Positions 23,867-38,534 of a stretch of DNA of 64,000 bases are shown piece after piece. Source of the DNA: Spironucleus salmonicida (taxonomy: Eukaryota); assembly GCF_000497125.1 (NCBI RefSeq), contig NC_090598.1, forward strand, positions 1,178,001-1,242,000. The letters are read 5' to 3'. The position numbers were made by a program, and so were the translations under genes. Within the stretch, counting starts at the first letter, position 1; every line of letters begins with the position of its first letter. The notes below the pieces were generated by a model. It did no database searches and was not told the origin of the DNA. It worked only from the letters and a program-made list of their open reading frames with translations.

Positions 23867-26800
23867 TCACTTCACGCGCCCTCTCACCTCCACGACCTAG
23901 ACATCCTCAACGACCTAGTCGTCGATTTGCGTGATAGTCTTCAGCTTTATCACCGATTCCGAGATGCATTTATGCCTAACCACCACACAGACGCTCTAAA
24001 AGGGCTAAATCAGAATTTCTGAGTTCTGAATGTCGATATCCTCCTTCTGGAACTGTAAGAACACTTTCACAGCTTCCTGCTGCAAATTCTTCAGAATGAC
24101 GTGATTTTCCTGGCATCTGCTGTTTATGCTCTACGGCATTATTTTCAGAACGCCAATCAGTGCACCGCTGACTTTTCCTAGACCTATTTTCGGTAAAATT
24201 CGTGCCCCGGTAGCCATCTTTTTGGCAGCCAATAGATAGCTGTTTCGGGAGCCTCTTTGGCTGACCAGCGTTGCTTATCCAAACGTATACTACGACTCCT
24301 CGTCCTCACTATCCTCGTCCGTTCCTAGTGATGTTCTGGGTGAAATTGCGCTTAATTGCATATGTTTATTTGGCGCCTTGTTTTTGTGCTTTTTATCGTT
24401 TTTCATGGGCTTATCAATCATGTAATCGAATTCTGGTTGTTATTCAATTTAATTTTAAATTTCCATTTCTTCAATAATTTTTTCTCTTTCTTATTATTGA
24501 ATTTTCTCCATTTCGAGCTTTTTCTACTGCAAGATTCTCTCATTTTCACGTTTTAATTACTCTTTTTTAGCTTAAATAATATCACTGATTTCACTTATTA
24601 AATGCTCAGAAATCTTCTATTTATTCTGAATGTTATTGTTATTTTTGAGTAAATTTGTACGTGTATTAGTTATCTCACGCCATTTTTATTTAGTTTTTTC
24701 TAGATTTTTCCAATATTCTGGGTCTGAGTTTGAAGCAAAATGATAAATTTAAAGGAAATATTCCGGATTTTGAATATTTGAAAACATATAAGTTGGGTCG
24801 AAATATGGTAAAAATTAACTGTACAGAGTAACCTATTAACTAGCTTAATTTTAATTATTTAGTGTCAGTTTTGATAATATAACACGTACTTCATTTAGCT
24901 ACTCTAGAAGTGAAGACTTAATACCAGGCTAAAATCCTAGGCCACAAATTTTTGAAAAATCAAAATTTGTAGATATTCTAGAGAAATAGCTATGAACTAA
25001 GAGACTAAAATTTGTTACATTCGCAAATTCTAACATATTCGCAAAATAAGTTAGCTAATTTATTTCTTTATTATCTACAACTATCCAAGGAACATCATTA
25101 TCTATCGTGCAAAATGCCTAATCAGAGAAGTCAAAAGATTATGTCCCTTTAAAATATTTTTAATCTGGTGATTGTGGTATTATAATGTAACGTTTATGCA
25201 TAATTTACTGGGCTGGGGATGGAATTTATGAATTAGGAATCGCCGATTATATAAACTACTCTAAAATATCTGACTCATAAGAATAATCTAACGCACGTTT
25301 TCCTAAAAGAACATGCTCAGTAGATCCTGACATAAACAAAATAAACTTTTTAAAACTATTTTATATTGTATCAATTTCAATTTATTCCAATTCATTTAAG
25401 ATTTGAGTCAACGGTCTTAGTTACGGAGTTTTTTCCAAAACAGGTTCAGGTGATTTAGGTTCATCTTTTTTGGACGGCTTTGTTGGCTTTTTAGATTTCT
25501 TATCATCTGGAGTAGGAGAGCGTGCAGCCTGCTCTTATTATAATATTTTTTCCTTTGCCTAGTTTATCGCCTCCAATTCTCGCTTCTTAATTAAGTTAAC
25601 TAGTTCACCTGTTATATCAGTTTATATAGTTTCGGTTAATAGTGGTGGAAATACAGGGTGACAATTATCTTGGGCAAAAATAATATCTTATTAATAATTT
25701 TGTTAATCTATAATAGCAGGATCTTTAGATCTCTGTTTAATAGCCGACGATGATATTGGTCTTGATTTTGGAGTATTAGAACGTGATGTTCCTGATTTAA
25801 GGTTAAATGTACTCTCATATGATGAACCTAATCTGAGATGGAATGTATTACCTACCCAGTCTATTGATGAAACTGATGGATATAATGGTGAGTCTTATGG
25901 AGCATCTGATGTTCCTAAAACAAAACGATAGATACCCGTAAGATGTGATTAGTAAGTATTTGATATTGGTAAAAACATTTCATGATGAATTCTGTTAAAA
26001 TTCAACTAAGCTTTTTGAAGTACTTTGAATAAAGAGGTAGAATTATGAACTAAATCTGTATATTCAGTTTAGCATAATTTTACTATATCGAATAATAAAT
26101 TAATTGGTTCTAAATTTTCATATTTATTGTTAAGCTCTGGATTTTTCATTATTGGTGCCTATTTTTCAAAAGAAATTCTAGTCGTTAAATCTACATTATT
26201 TAAAAATTTTGTTCTTCGCTTTAATATACTATGCCAAAAATGAAATCCTTATCCACCATAAAGAATTAATGGTGATTGGAAGATTTTAGATTCTTCTTTT
26301 GCATCATCTTGCACTCCTAACACGGATACATCACCAGAAGCTTTTGGTTTCTTAGATGCTTTGGTATCTACTGGTATGCCAGCAGTTTGTATCTCATTTA
26401 ACGTTTTATAGAAATTTCCTCCACATGTTGATACAGATAACAGTATAAAGAACGAAGCATCTTACTTTAAAGCATATGTTACTCCATCAATTTGAATAAA
26501 TACGTCGCCAGCAAAACTAACGGAAATTACAGTTTTACTTATATTAAACATAAATACTATACGTTCTAAAACAGGCAGTTCTATGATTGTGCATTTAGTA
26601 TCTAATTTCAAAAATGAATCTTTAATAGAATCTTCTTTAAATATAACTTAGCTAATAGATAATAAGTAAGGGATTTAAAATGTTTATATTACCTTCATTT
26701 CACCATCTTAGTCTAGTAGACTTCTCCTTATTGATTACAAAAACCCAAACTATTCAAATATCATTCCTGTGATCTAATCTAAATAGCTAGTTCTAGATTG

Positions 26801-29776
26801 AGATTTGCTAAATACTAATTTAGGGTGTAAAACAGCATTTTCAATCAACTCCTCTTCAAAAACATCACTAATTGCAAATAACTGTTAACCATCCTGTAAA
26901 CAAATAAATTAGCCGTCATTTTTAAAAATACATTTAATATATTTTGGTTGGTTATTAACCATTTTGCAGATAATAGGAATGTTTGAATTAAAGCTATCAA
27001 ATACTTTAAACAATTCCATATCATCTAACAAACTAAATTTTTAGCTAATACCATTTTTTTCAAACACCATTGATTCGTTAAAACATCTAAGGTTACTTTC
27101 ATCTTATAGTTCTCCGTGTAATTTACCTACTGTTGGAACTTCACTAGTAAATGTAACGCTTTCATTTTCTATTAAAACTTATCTTTATAATTATGCAGCT
27201 GAAAATGTAAACTTATCTGTAAACTACTATGGCCCAGAATAATTAACAATTGACTATTACAAAGAATTCCATTTTCTTACTAATTATATTTTATTATTAA
27301 TTGGAAAACTATTAATAATAGATCTATCACCCACTGGAATTGAAAAATTTTAATAATTTCTATACGGGCAAAAAAGTTTTTAATTAGCAATCTTTTCAAT
27401 AGTTAGTTATCTAGCATTTTATATTTTAAGCTGTCCTTACTGTAACTGTAAAATAAAATCAAAAGTTACATGCTTTTAAGTTTACTTAGTTAAAAAATTC
27501 GTATTAGATGATTTTTTTATGAAGAATAAAGGAGAATATTGTAATTCTATTGATTCTAAGCATTTTTCAATAGCATAAAATGCTTTTTCATCACCGATAT
27601 TTAAGGCTAAAAATAAGGCCTATACTACCAATGGATATGCTTAGTCAAATAATTCTATTTAAATTTTTGGAGTAATCTATTCTCCAGCTTTGGGTTTTTT
27701 ATCTTTTGATGGAGGTGGTTACATATCTATTTGTGAAATATTTTTGAATGATATCGACGAAATTAATCCAAACAACTAATAAATAGAACTATCCTCTTAT
27801 TTAAACTATTCATTAATATTTTAGAAAACCTAGATCTTTTATACTTCTTAGACAACTTCATTTTCATTAGTATCTCTTTCTACAGACGGTGCATCTTCGC
27901 AATCGATTGACAATTTTTCAACATTTTATGGTAACCCTTATTAAAGTAATGATAAAGACTAGCTATACCAACTATGTAATAGTAATTAAAGAAATACAAA
28001 AATTTAACCTTTATATGAACACAAAAATGGGCATCCAAATATTTTCCTTTAACCAGCATTTTTCTTATCTTTCTCATTCATTGGCTATAGAGCAACTATA
28101 AAATCTTGTTTAATTTCGTTGGTAATCAATTAATGTGAAAATCCTAATTCTTAAATAGTTTCTGATTTTTTCTTGGGATCTATCTGAACATCTTTTGATA
28201 CCAACAAAGAAACATCTTAAATAAGCTAAAAGAATTCATCAATATTGGGAGCTCCATTCACAAATTTTTCTCTGTTATATTCTATGTTTAAATCCTTAGC
28301 TATTTTTTCAACTTAATTTGAAATATAAAATTACATTTCCATATTATTTACATTGGTTTTAACTATACCTAAATCCTCATTTTATGGGAGTATAGGGTCT
28401 TAAACAAAGCATAAATTATTTCCCATAGCATCAAAATGTTGATGTAGACTACAAGGTATATCTTCAGATATTGATAATTAAGCATGAACAGGTAGTTCAT
28501 TATACTCTGAATTTTTTCTAGCTCCTAACTTTATTACAGAAATATCAGAGCTTATTTCATCCGAAATAGGATCTGTAAGATTAACATAATAATCACCAGA
28601 ATCTATATTTTATAAGTGCATTAATAAAGTTTTTCTAATTACACTTTCTGCTTCGATAAGACCTAGTTTCTCACCCCCACAATCCTTCATAAACATTCCT
28701 ATAAGTTCTGCAAAATCTGCTCTTCTAAGCATTACAGTGCGGGGCGTCTATCTATTAGGGTCTTTATTTGGAGTTTTTTAACTATCTAACTAATTAACTA
28801 ATTTATAATATTTAAGATATGCATCGAATGCCATTTTTGTATAATATCTAGCCTGAGTAGTAGTTAGTTTACAATAAATAGTGTGTTCAAATGTATCAAA
28901 AATTGAAAAATCTGTTATAGGCCTTGATAAAAATTAATGTGCTCTAATATTTGGTAGTGAATAATCTAATTATATTGTTTCTGAAATAGATAATTCTGAT
29001 GCAGGAAGGATAATACCCTATAGCGTTTCATCTGGTTATGATTAATGTTTTTCGGTAACAGTTTATACTGCATCAATAGCACATCCTAAAATAACAGAAA
29101 GAGAATTTTACTCAATGAATGGAATACTATCTATTAAAGCAGAATAACAGGAATTCATTTGGTTAAGTTGCATATCTACATCATACATTTTTTAAGTATA
29201 CTAATCATTAATAGTAACATAAAAATCCGGATAAACTTATGAAAAAAGAGATTTCCCTGATAAATTAATTACTGAGGAATCTTTTATATTTTTAAGATAT
29301 AACTAGCGTAACATAAAATCTTATACTAACTATTATGTTATTGTAATTAAAAGTGGACACACTAATTCTTACTCATTAATTTAATAAGAAATCGGCACTA
29401 CTTCAGTCTTTTTAGCAGGCTATTTTGCATTCGTAATAATAGGCTCCACATAGTCATGATATACGAATAATTAAAAATCATTTTTTAAAATCATCTCCGA
29501 TTTTTATGAAATATGATTAACCTTGACTTTATAGTGAGTTTAATCAGAATAATTGTATAAAATGACAACAATAGGATTTTCTGGTAAAGAAAGATTAATA
29601 GAGCCACATTACTAAAATGATGCAAGATATTGTGTGATATTGTCAAATTAAACATCATGAGGTTTTGATATTTGATTATAATCTATAAATAAAACATCAT
29701 TAAAGTAAGGTGTCTTCAAATCTTTAAGACAAAGATCGCTAAGTTCTGACTCAATGCTAAGAAAAAGATAGCGCAT
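23867..29776 (-). CDS. Very large axonemal-type protein, possibly SPAG17/PF6-like (~1969 aa)
   Basis: Same frame at 29776, 27724, 25510 and the stop; repeated Pro/Lys motifs (PPPSKDKKPKAG, DTKASKKPKASG, KKSKKPTKPSKKDEPK); C-terminal ASH/PapD-like segment (PQSIN...VILKN...IQPFQSVCVVV); ends AAG TGA. Confidence 0.55.
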
Positions 29777-29831
29777 TTTAGAATTTATGTTTATCAAAAT
29801 AATATATAATATACTTTAGTTATCAATTTTT

Positions 29832-30392
29832 TCACTTATTCCACGCAGCAATCACATAGCCTAAATAGACAACAGCTATTACTTATATGATATACTTTTA
29901 GTACTTATTCAGAAATTTATTCTTTAAAATATGGATCTATCCAATTTTAGCATTCACTTCTTTTTCCAATATCTCATTTTCTTTTAAGAGTGCTATTTCT
30001 TCATTGTAAAGTTCTGTCTATCCTAAATCTGCCTCATTCAAAGACTTAAGAGGACTTTTTGAACCATATCGTTAGACTATTTACTCTAAACTAGCGGCTC
30101 CCGATCTTTACATTGAAATATCATCCTCGATTTACTCATTCTATTGTATTTAGAATTTATGACTTAATTCATTTAAAGCATTTTAAAATAAAATTTAATG
30201 TTATGAGACAGGTAAAAAGGGATGTATTTTTGTCATTGCCTAAATAATATTTTCTGTTGATTCTGAGGGATATTCTAACAATTGTTTAAGCTAATTTTAG
30301 TAATTTAAGAAAGGGTCTACAAACATAGCAAAATTTTCGTTTTACACAAAGAATTTGGGAGGGATTTCATTGAGTTACAAGAGAAATTCCAT
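29832..30392 (-). CDS. Hypothetical tail-anchored coiled-coil protein (186 aa)
   Basis: Coiled-coil then C-terminal hydrophobic YIIQVIAVVYLGYVIAAW; ends AAG TGA. Confidence 0.65.
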
Positions 30393-30553
30393 ATATTTTA
30401 ATATAATTTTAATTTATACATATAATAATAAAACTATGTAAAAATTAGAAGTACCTAAAATCTCATTTAAATTAATTCTACTTATGTAATATATAGTTAA
30501 CAAAATGAATCCATTTCATCTCAATCTTAAGTTTGTGTTTATCAAAACTACAA

Positions 30554-30964
30554 TCAATCATACCAAGCAGCAACTTCATCCTCGTACTTGTCATGTAGGT
30601 CTAGCATATCACGAATTTCGTCAACTTCACTTTTTGGTTTCGTCTTCCTCTCAAATTTCGGTTCAAAATATTCTTTTACAACTTCCTCATCCCTTACTAT
30701 GACCTTCGGTTTCTTAATTTGCTTGGCATACTCCTCTGCCCTAAACTTCTTTTCAGCTGCTTTCTGTTGGTCTATCTCTCTTTATGATGGCCTCGCCTGT
30801 GCTTTTGGTGCATTTTAGAGTGTCTTTTTTGCCTATTCCTTTACAGCCGCTGCATATTCTGTAGCTCTCTATTATTTCTCTGCAGCTTATTTAGTAGATT
30901 CTCGGTTGAGATCCGGTCCCAATCCACCTCGTCCAAATGGTATAATTGAGGGTTTCGGAGGCAT
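30554..30964 (-). CDS. JHY-like (DUF4591) ciliary protein (136 aa)
   Basis: GGLGPD...RATEYAAAVKEQ...RAEEYAKQIKKPK...LDLHDKYEDEVA matches the JHY C-terminal pattern GGLGPD..EYAK.VKE..ALEYAK.IPKPK..RHE.EK..VA. Confidence 0.65.
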
Positions 30965-31637
30965 TTTAGGGTCAAAGTGATATTATTTATATATACTTAA
31001 TAATGTTCATTATTCGATGAATATCATAAAACTGTTTGTTGAATATTACTTAGGTTATGAGTAGTAATTAGCAGTAAAATCTGATAACTATATGATATTT
31101 AATTTAATAGGATCTGTAGTAATTTATTTTGTTAAAAAATAAATTATATATATCAAGCTATGCTAAACAATATTGTATTTCGTATCAGATATATTGTTAT
31201 AGGTTGTTTAATAATTGTAAATAAGATAATAGTAACTGTGATTCCTATTACATATAATTTTCATACGTTTAACTTTATCATTGTGGTTGATATTTGCATA
31301 TAACTTATAAAATTTATATCTTTAAAAAACGTTAAATAATAATAAACACATGCATCAAATATTCTTTTAGGGTTGTCTTTTTTAATAGTAAAAAAATAAA
31401 CCAATTATCTAGGAGTAACTATTCCTAGTCTACTGTAATAATAAATAAGATTATATGAAGATATAAATTTTTGAATTTATAATATTGATTAATTGTAAAT
31501 ACATCAAATTAATTTATTAAAGAAAAATTTATACCAATAGCTAAAATTATATATCTCTAATTATAGATTACTCTTATTAATTAATAAATATTATTATAAA
31601 TAAGTTCGTGAAATAATTAATAATTATTATCATTGAT

Positions 31638-32564
31638 TCAGCATTCATCGATATCTTAACTATCAGCAAATCCTGACGATTTTTATGATTCATCAGACTC
31701 AAATGTTTCCTCGGTTTCTTACTCTCTTAGTTCTTCTATAGACTCACTAATGTAGACTCTTTTCGTAATCTAATTGAAATATAATTCTTTTAAATTATAA
31801 TTGATGTCTTGCTATTAAATAGATGCTACTTATATACTAAACCCTTAAACTTATGTTAATCGCTCATAAACTATCTCTTAAACGCTTAAAATTCCTGCTA
31901 TGTATGAGGAAATAACATTTTTATTCTCAAATTTATATGTTTCACACATAGTACCAAATAAACTTAATTCATATGGGAAAAATTAAATAATACTAGCTAA
32001 AAGCTTATTAGCAACATCAATATAATTTTATTAGATATTTTCGATATCATCACTATTTAAATCTAGTTATATACTTAATGGTAAAAATATATCTGGTTCA
32101 TTAGTTACATATTTTGGAACAATTTCTACAAATATCAGTTAATTTTCTTCTAATCTCATGATTTATACGAGTTTTTTATTTTTACCAGTCTAAAAATTCT
32201 CAATATCGATTTCTAAAAATATTTGATAGTTTTCAAGGGCCTCTTAGTAATTTAACTTTGCTTATTTATATAAATCTATTTGTTAAAAACCAATATCAAG
32301 CTAAATAAGATATGGAATTATTTAATATTTACGTATATACTTCTTTATAATAGCTTTTTTAATTATATCTTATGCTTTTTAATATTAGTTTGACTATGAA
32401 TGTGGTGAAACAACCATATTGATATCTTCATTTAACAATATTGCTTTAAATGGACAATCAGAACATAAACATCTATATAAATTTACTTATTTGTTATATG
32501 GTTCAATAAAATGAGGTTAAGTAAGCGAAATAGTTAATTTAATATATGAATTTGTGGGTTGCAT
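31638..32564 (-). CDS. Hypothetical protein (308 aa) with N-terminal C-x4-C...H motif
   Basis: Open under table 6; LYRCLCSDCPFKAILL...VSPHS; acidic C-terminus. Confidence 0.6.
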
Positions 32565-32605
32565 TTTAGAACCGGAATTAAAGAATTATAACTAGAAAGA
32601 ATACG

Positions 32606-32974
32606 TCACTAAGTCATTAGAGCATTAAATACATCGTCAACCTCAATGCCTAATTTTTCCATAGTTTCATTGATGAGTGGTATTATCTTATCCTTCAGCA
32701 ATTATTGAGGAACTACTAATCCTGAGCATACAACAAAATCTTATCCTTTGACAGTAACAATATCACCAAATTCATCATCTTCGCCTAAATCTAAGTCATT
32801 TCCATCATCGTTCCCGTCTGAATCATCATTAACTAATGCTTCAGGAGGTTCTGTACGTGATTAGTGGGTTCCATCTAAAATAGCTTAAGCCCATGCTGAT
32901 AAAATGTCTTTGTCTATAAGTTTAGCAGCAGGTTATGTTTTAATAATTTCTTTCATCATCTCGTTTACAGACAT
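32606..32974 (-). CDS. Small acidic hypothetical protein (122 aa)
   Basis: Open under table 6; central Asp-rich tract; ends TAG TGA. Confidence 0.65.
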
Positions 32975-33034
32975 TATAAATTTGGAGTGGATTTATATTT
33001 GAATAAACCTAATATATTAAAGTGATTAAATTTA

Positions 33035-33583
33035 TCATTTGACAGTTCTATGCTCCATGACATCCCAATTAAAAACGCGAGAAATCGAAACCTCTGAAGT
33101 AGTAATCTATTCCTTAAGGAATTCAAGATTTCTCTCTAGATCATTAATTTGGTCTTTACACTCTTTAGTATTATCTTCTAAAACCTTAAGTGCCTCATCA
33201 ATAGTATATTCAACCATTGTTCTTGAACCCAAAAACAAGGCAACTTTGCTTCTATCCATAATTTTTGCTTTAGCATATACACCAGCAGACAGTTCATAAT
33301 GGAAAAATGACCCTTCAGGAAGATCACCCATAGATTATAACTACTTCAACGCCGCCTATGTCATTAATAACTCTGGAAGGGAGCTACAAAGAGCATTACG
33401 TTACTACTAAAAGTTTTAAAACATAAAGTTATATCTTTAAAGAGTATTGTCGAGACCAGTTATAACTAAACCAGTATCTCCATTAGTTTCTGCAACAACT
33501 TTAGCTATATCTTGTATATAATTCGCTCGAGGGATTTTGCGAGTATTGAATTCTTCAGGTACTACTAAATCATAAGAGTCCAT
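33035..33583 (-). CDS. PFDN3: Prefoldin subunit 3 (VBP1)
   Basis: RKIPRANYIQD, YELSAGVYAKAKI..KVALFLGSRTMVEYTIDEA, LEFLKEQITTSEVSISRVFNWDV. Confidence 0.93.
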
Positions 33584-34571
33584 TAAATTTCGGAAAGAAA
33601 AAGTTTTGTGAAATTTAAGTAAAAATGATATATAATTTATATTGTAAACAATATATTAAATAATATTATATTATATGATAATTAGTAAAAATTTATATTT
33701 CTGAAATATAAAATTTAATACAAATACCATTTCATTATCTCATGATTGTATCTCTTTTTCATCGCTTATAGTAAATTTTATCTTACATATACTTAAATGA
33801 AAAACAATCGATATAAACTCGTTATTATTATTATTTATTGTTCCGTTTTAATAAACTTTATTAAATTAATATCAATAATTTGTTTAAGATAAAATAATAG
33901 GTTTTATAAAACTATTAATAATGTAAAATAAATTTATTTATCAAGCTTATATGTTAATGTAATTTTAAAGTATTAACAAAAATTCAATGGTAATATATAA
34001 ATACATTGGTCTCTTTAAATCATTAATTTTAAGATATATAAACTTAAATAGCAATACCTTACTTTAAATCTTTTCTAGCTTTATTATACTCAAAATCAAA
34101 ATCAAAAATATCAGGTTTTAATACTAGAATATGCAGGTAATAAAAACTAGCTGCATATTATTTTCCCCTTATTCATATACATAATTATTGATACAATACT
34201 GATAACATTCACTATTATTATTTGCTATTTATGTTTTAATGTTTAGCACATCTCAATTTACCATTAGTATAGTTAAATGTGATAGGAAATTTAATTTATC
34301 CTTTAAAAACTACACTCTTAATTGTTAATGTATATAACGAGATATAGGTATTATATACTTTATTTTAAAAGTATACAAATGATTTAATTAATTAATGCTA
34401 TATTTATTTATATATTAAGAATCACAATTAAACGTGCATTCTGTAATATTATTTATATTACTAAAATAATCCTCTAAATTAAATAATTTTCACAAAATTA
34501 AGAATAATGTAGTACTTACTCATGCATAATTGTTAAATCTAATTAAAAATCGTTTACAAAATATCTAAAAA

Positions 34572-37500
34572 ATGACCAACTAGGTTTGCTTAGATGGAAA
34601 TACTGCAGTTGCTATGGCGTGTCATAAGTTTATCAACTTTTCATGTACGTTCCCAATTACTCCTAGTTCCACTATGGCAGAATTGGTTGAGTAGTATGCT
34701 GCTTAGGGTAAGAAAAATTTACTCGGTGAGGACATTGTTGTGAAACAAGCATAATCAGAACTAGGTGCTATAGGAACCTGTCACGGTGCGCTTGTTACTG
34801 GTGCATTAACTGCTACATTTTCTAGTTCATAAGGCTTGCTTTTGATGATTTCTAACCTATACAAAATTGGTGGCGAAAAGGCTCCATTTGTCGTTCATAT
34901 TGCTAATCGTAGTGTAGGATAAACAACAACAAGTCTGGCCACTGATCATACAGATATTTATGCCATTGAAGGTACTAATTTATCTGTTGTTTAAAGTGCA
35001 AACGTCTAAGAAGCATATGATATGGCAGTTTGTGCTCACGCAGCTAGCATCAGTGCCAGAAGAGCTGTTGCTCATAGTTTTGAGGGTTACAGAGTTTCTC
35101 ACTAACTAGAAAGTCTTGAAATAATGACGGATGACCAATTAAGCCAATTCATAGACTATTAATCATTAATGGATTGGAAGAATAAATCTGTAGCTAGTAC
35201 TGATAGACCTTATGCATAAAATGTTGGTCTTGGAGGTGAAGTAGCTATGTAATTGCTTGAAAGCTAGAAACATGATATTAATAAGGTTTGTTAAAAGTTT
35301 GAAAAGTACTTTACCCTTCTTAAATAACTTACTGGTAGAAGTTACCATTGTTATGAATATTATGGTGATGCCAACCCTGAGACAGTATATGTTCTCATGG
35401 GTAGCTCTACTGGTACTGCCATAAATGCTGTTACAGAATTGAACAAAAGTGGTGTAAAATGTGGTGTTGTTAAAATCCGTGTTTTTAGACCTTTTGATGT
35501 AAAAATGTTTTCTGATGCTATTCCTAAGAGCACAAAAGTCATTGTTGCACTTGACAGAGCAGGTGAGCTTGTTCAAACTGGTGGAACCATCTATAGAGAA
35601 GTATGCGCGGCTATGATACAGATGAATAGAATCAAAAGTATTGAAGTGGTAACTGGTGGAAGGTACGGTTATTTGGGAAAAGAGTTAATGCCAAAAGATA
35701 TTTTGTCTCTTTCTGAGATATTTGGATCGAAAAATTATGGTACAATGCCTAAATAGTTCACTGTAGGTATAAAAGATAACCTAACAAATTTATCTATAAC
35801 AGACTCTCCCAATTCTGCTAACTTTGAATTAAAAATGCTATCAGATCTTGTGTCCTAAACATTGTTATATGGTATTGGCTCTGATGGTACTATCGGTGCA
35901 GCAAGAAATGCAGTTTAAATTTTAAAGAATACAGCTGATAATGTTTAAGTTCAATGTTAATTTTAATTTGATGGTAAAAAGTCAGGTGGATTAACTATGT
36001 CACATATAAGACTTTATAAAGGTGACGACAAAGAAATTTAAAAGTCTCTTCATAATGCTTAATATGATATTTAAGCTGCTTAATATATTGGTTGTCACTG
36101 TGAAACATATCTTAATAGATATAAAACAATGATGTAATAATTAAAACCTAACGGTGTTGTTGTTCTAAATGTGGATAATAAAGGTGATTTACTTGAATAT
36201 GCTAATAAACTTCCTGCATAACTTAAACATGATATTGCTGAGAAAAATGGCAAACTGTATATGGTAAATGCTAATAAAGTTTCTATAGACTGTGGAATAC
36301 CAGGAAGAACTAATAATATACTTTTGCTATTTTATTTCAAATTTGGTATGACTCAGCTTATTAAATTTGAGGATGCTGTCGAGGCTATGAAAGATGCAGC
36401 TAGAAAAACTTATGTTAAAGCTGGATAAAAAGTTATCGATAATAATATCAACGCAATAGATGCTACAGTCAAACTTATAGATTAATGTTATGTCAACTAT
36501 GATGTAAAAGAATGGCTTAACTCTAATATTAGTATATCTGGTAATGAAAAAATCAATGATTATTGCCCAGATTACGATAAGTTCATGACAACTGTGTTAG
36601 ATCCTTCTTTTAGAAGAGAGTTTGATCACATTACTACTAAAACTATGCACGAATATAATGGCGGCTTCTTCCCACCAGGTTATGGTGCTTATGAAAAATA
36701 GACATCTGCTGTAAAGGTTCCTAAATGGAATTCATAAAATTGCATATAATGTTCTATATGCGCAAGTGCCTGCTCTCATTCATCTATTAGACCATTTATT
36801 TTAACAGAGAATGATAGTCCCCCAGAAGGATTTTAATCTATTGAACTGAAAGGAAAGCATGAGTATGGTAATGGTGCAAGATATAGTATCTAGGTATCTG
36901 CTGCTGATTGTAGAGGATGTAACGTCTGCGTTAAAGCATGTCCTAAGTAATGTTTAGAAATGTCTGACGTGTAGGAAGAGTTGAAGAAATAGTAATAATT
37001 TGAATGGGCTAGATCAAATCTTTACAAAAATACCGAAAATGTCGATGGTAAGAAGGCTCCATTAAAAGATCTAATGACTAAGAATCACTATATTGAATAT
37101 GCTGGGTCCTGCCCTGGTTGCCCAGAATCTACTATGTTAAAAATATTAACCTAAATATCTGGTGAAGCTATGTAAGTATCTGTTGGCGTCGGTTGCTCGC
37201 TTGTTTGGGGGCAATATAGTATGATGAGACCAAATACAATTGATAGACATGGCAGAGGTATTTCGTCAATTTCCAGCCTCTTTGAAGATGGTTCTGTCTT
37301 CCATTGGGGATCTGTTATTGGTAGAAATAATGTCAGATCTCAAATCAAGCAATTCTTGGTTGACAACATCGAGAATATCACGTGGGATAAAAACGTATAG
37401 GAAATTACCAGAGGAGTGCTCGAGCATTTTGATGACCCATCACAGTCCTACAAGCACGCTACTGAGCTTCGTAAAGCTCTCAAAATCGATAATTTCCACA

Positions 37501-38312
37501 TTGGTGACAAGAACGACATGATTTTCCCAGGTTCGCTAACTGATGAGCAGATCAAACTTTCGCCCAAGGAAGAGGCCGAACTCAGCCAGCTGCTGCAGAA
37601 AAAGGTAAAGTTGACGGAAAGCACATTTTTGACCTACGTGAAGCTCAATAATCTGCTCCTTTCGGCCCACAATAACTGGTTTTACGCCGGCGATGGCGCG
37701 GTGTTCGACATCGACTTCAACGGCGTGGACCACATTCTGGCCAAGGGCGATAACGTGAATCTGCTCGTTTTCTGCAACCAGGTCTTCGCGAACACGGGCG
37801 GCCAGCTATCGAAGAATTCGTTCCTGGGACAGGTGACCAAAAACGCGTACAACGGCGTCAGCGCGCCCGAGAAGCAGCTCGGGCTCATGATGATTTCCGC
37901 GTACGGGAAGCACATCTACGTGGCACAGGTCTCGTTCGGCTTCAACAGGCAGCAGACGATCAGCGCGCTCAGGGAGGCCGAGGCGTTCAACGGGCCCAGC
38001 ATTGTGCTATGCTACAGCCCCTGCATCAGCCACCTGATCGATGGCGGCCTGCAGAACGTGGAGGTGCAGCAGAAACTGGCGGTGGAGAGCGGCGTCTGGC
38101 CGCTTTTCAGGTGGAACGGTGGAGCGGAAAAGGGCCAGAGGCTCAAAATTGACGGAAAGAAGAAGATCGGAGTGGATGAATTTATCTGCAACGAGCAGAG
38201 GTTCATGAGCCTGAAGAGCAGGAACAACGCTAGGTTCGAGATGCTCAAGGGGCAGCTCGAATCGAACGTCGCAGAAGTTCAAGAGAGAATGGAGGCGTTG
38301 AAGGTGATGTGA
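34572..38312 (+). CDS. PFOR: Pyruvate:ferredoxin oxidoreductase (1246 aa)
   Basis: LDGNTAVA, FPITPSSTMAE, GIGSDGTIGA, two ferredoxin motifs CIQCSICASAC and CRGCNVCVKACP, GSCPGC, TPP-binding GDGAVFDID, YSPCISH. Confidence 0.97.
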
Positions 38313-38534
38313 TGGGCTAATTTTCAATTTCGGGCGAATCGCAATGTTTAGTATAATTAGAGTTTTTTGGAATTAGATAAAATAAGATATAATAATGAAT
38401 AATAGAGATATTTGGTGTACTTGATCGTAAGTTTATTAAGATTTATAGGTATTTGTATAATAAATATGATAATATTTAGGTTAAAGGACAATTATAAGTT
38501 GAAATGAAATAATAGAATTATGACAAATTGACAT

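Noticed and set aside
31000-32514. Open plus-strand frame ending at 32514
   Set aside because: No convincing start or motif; the minus-strand ORF 31638-32564 has a typical AAAATG context and better explains the region.
32606-32974. TFIIA large-subunit resemblance (helix with W, acidic tract, VVC)
   Set aside because: Lacks the C-terminal beta-strand motif (K..R.KNKWK); similarity is mostly compositional.
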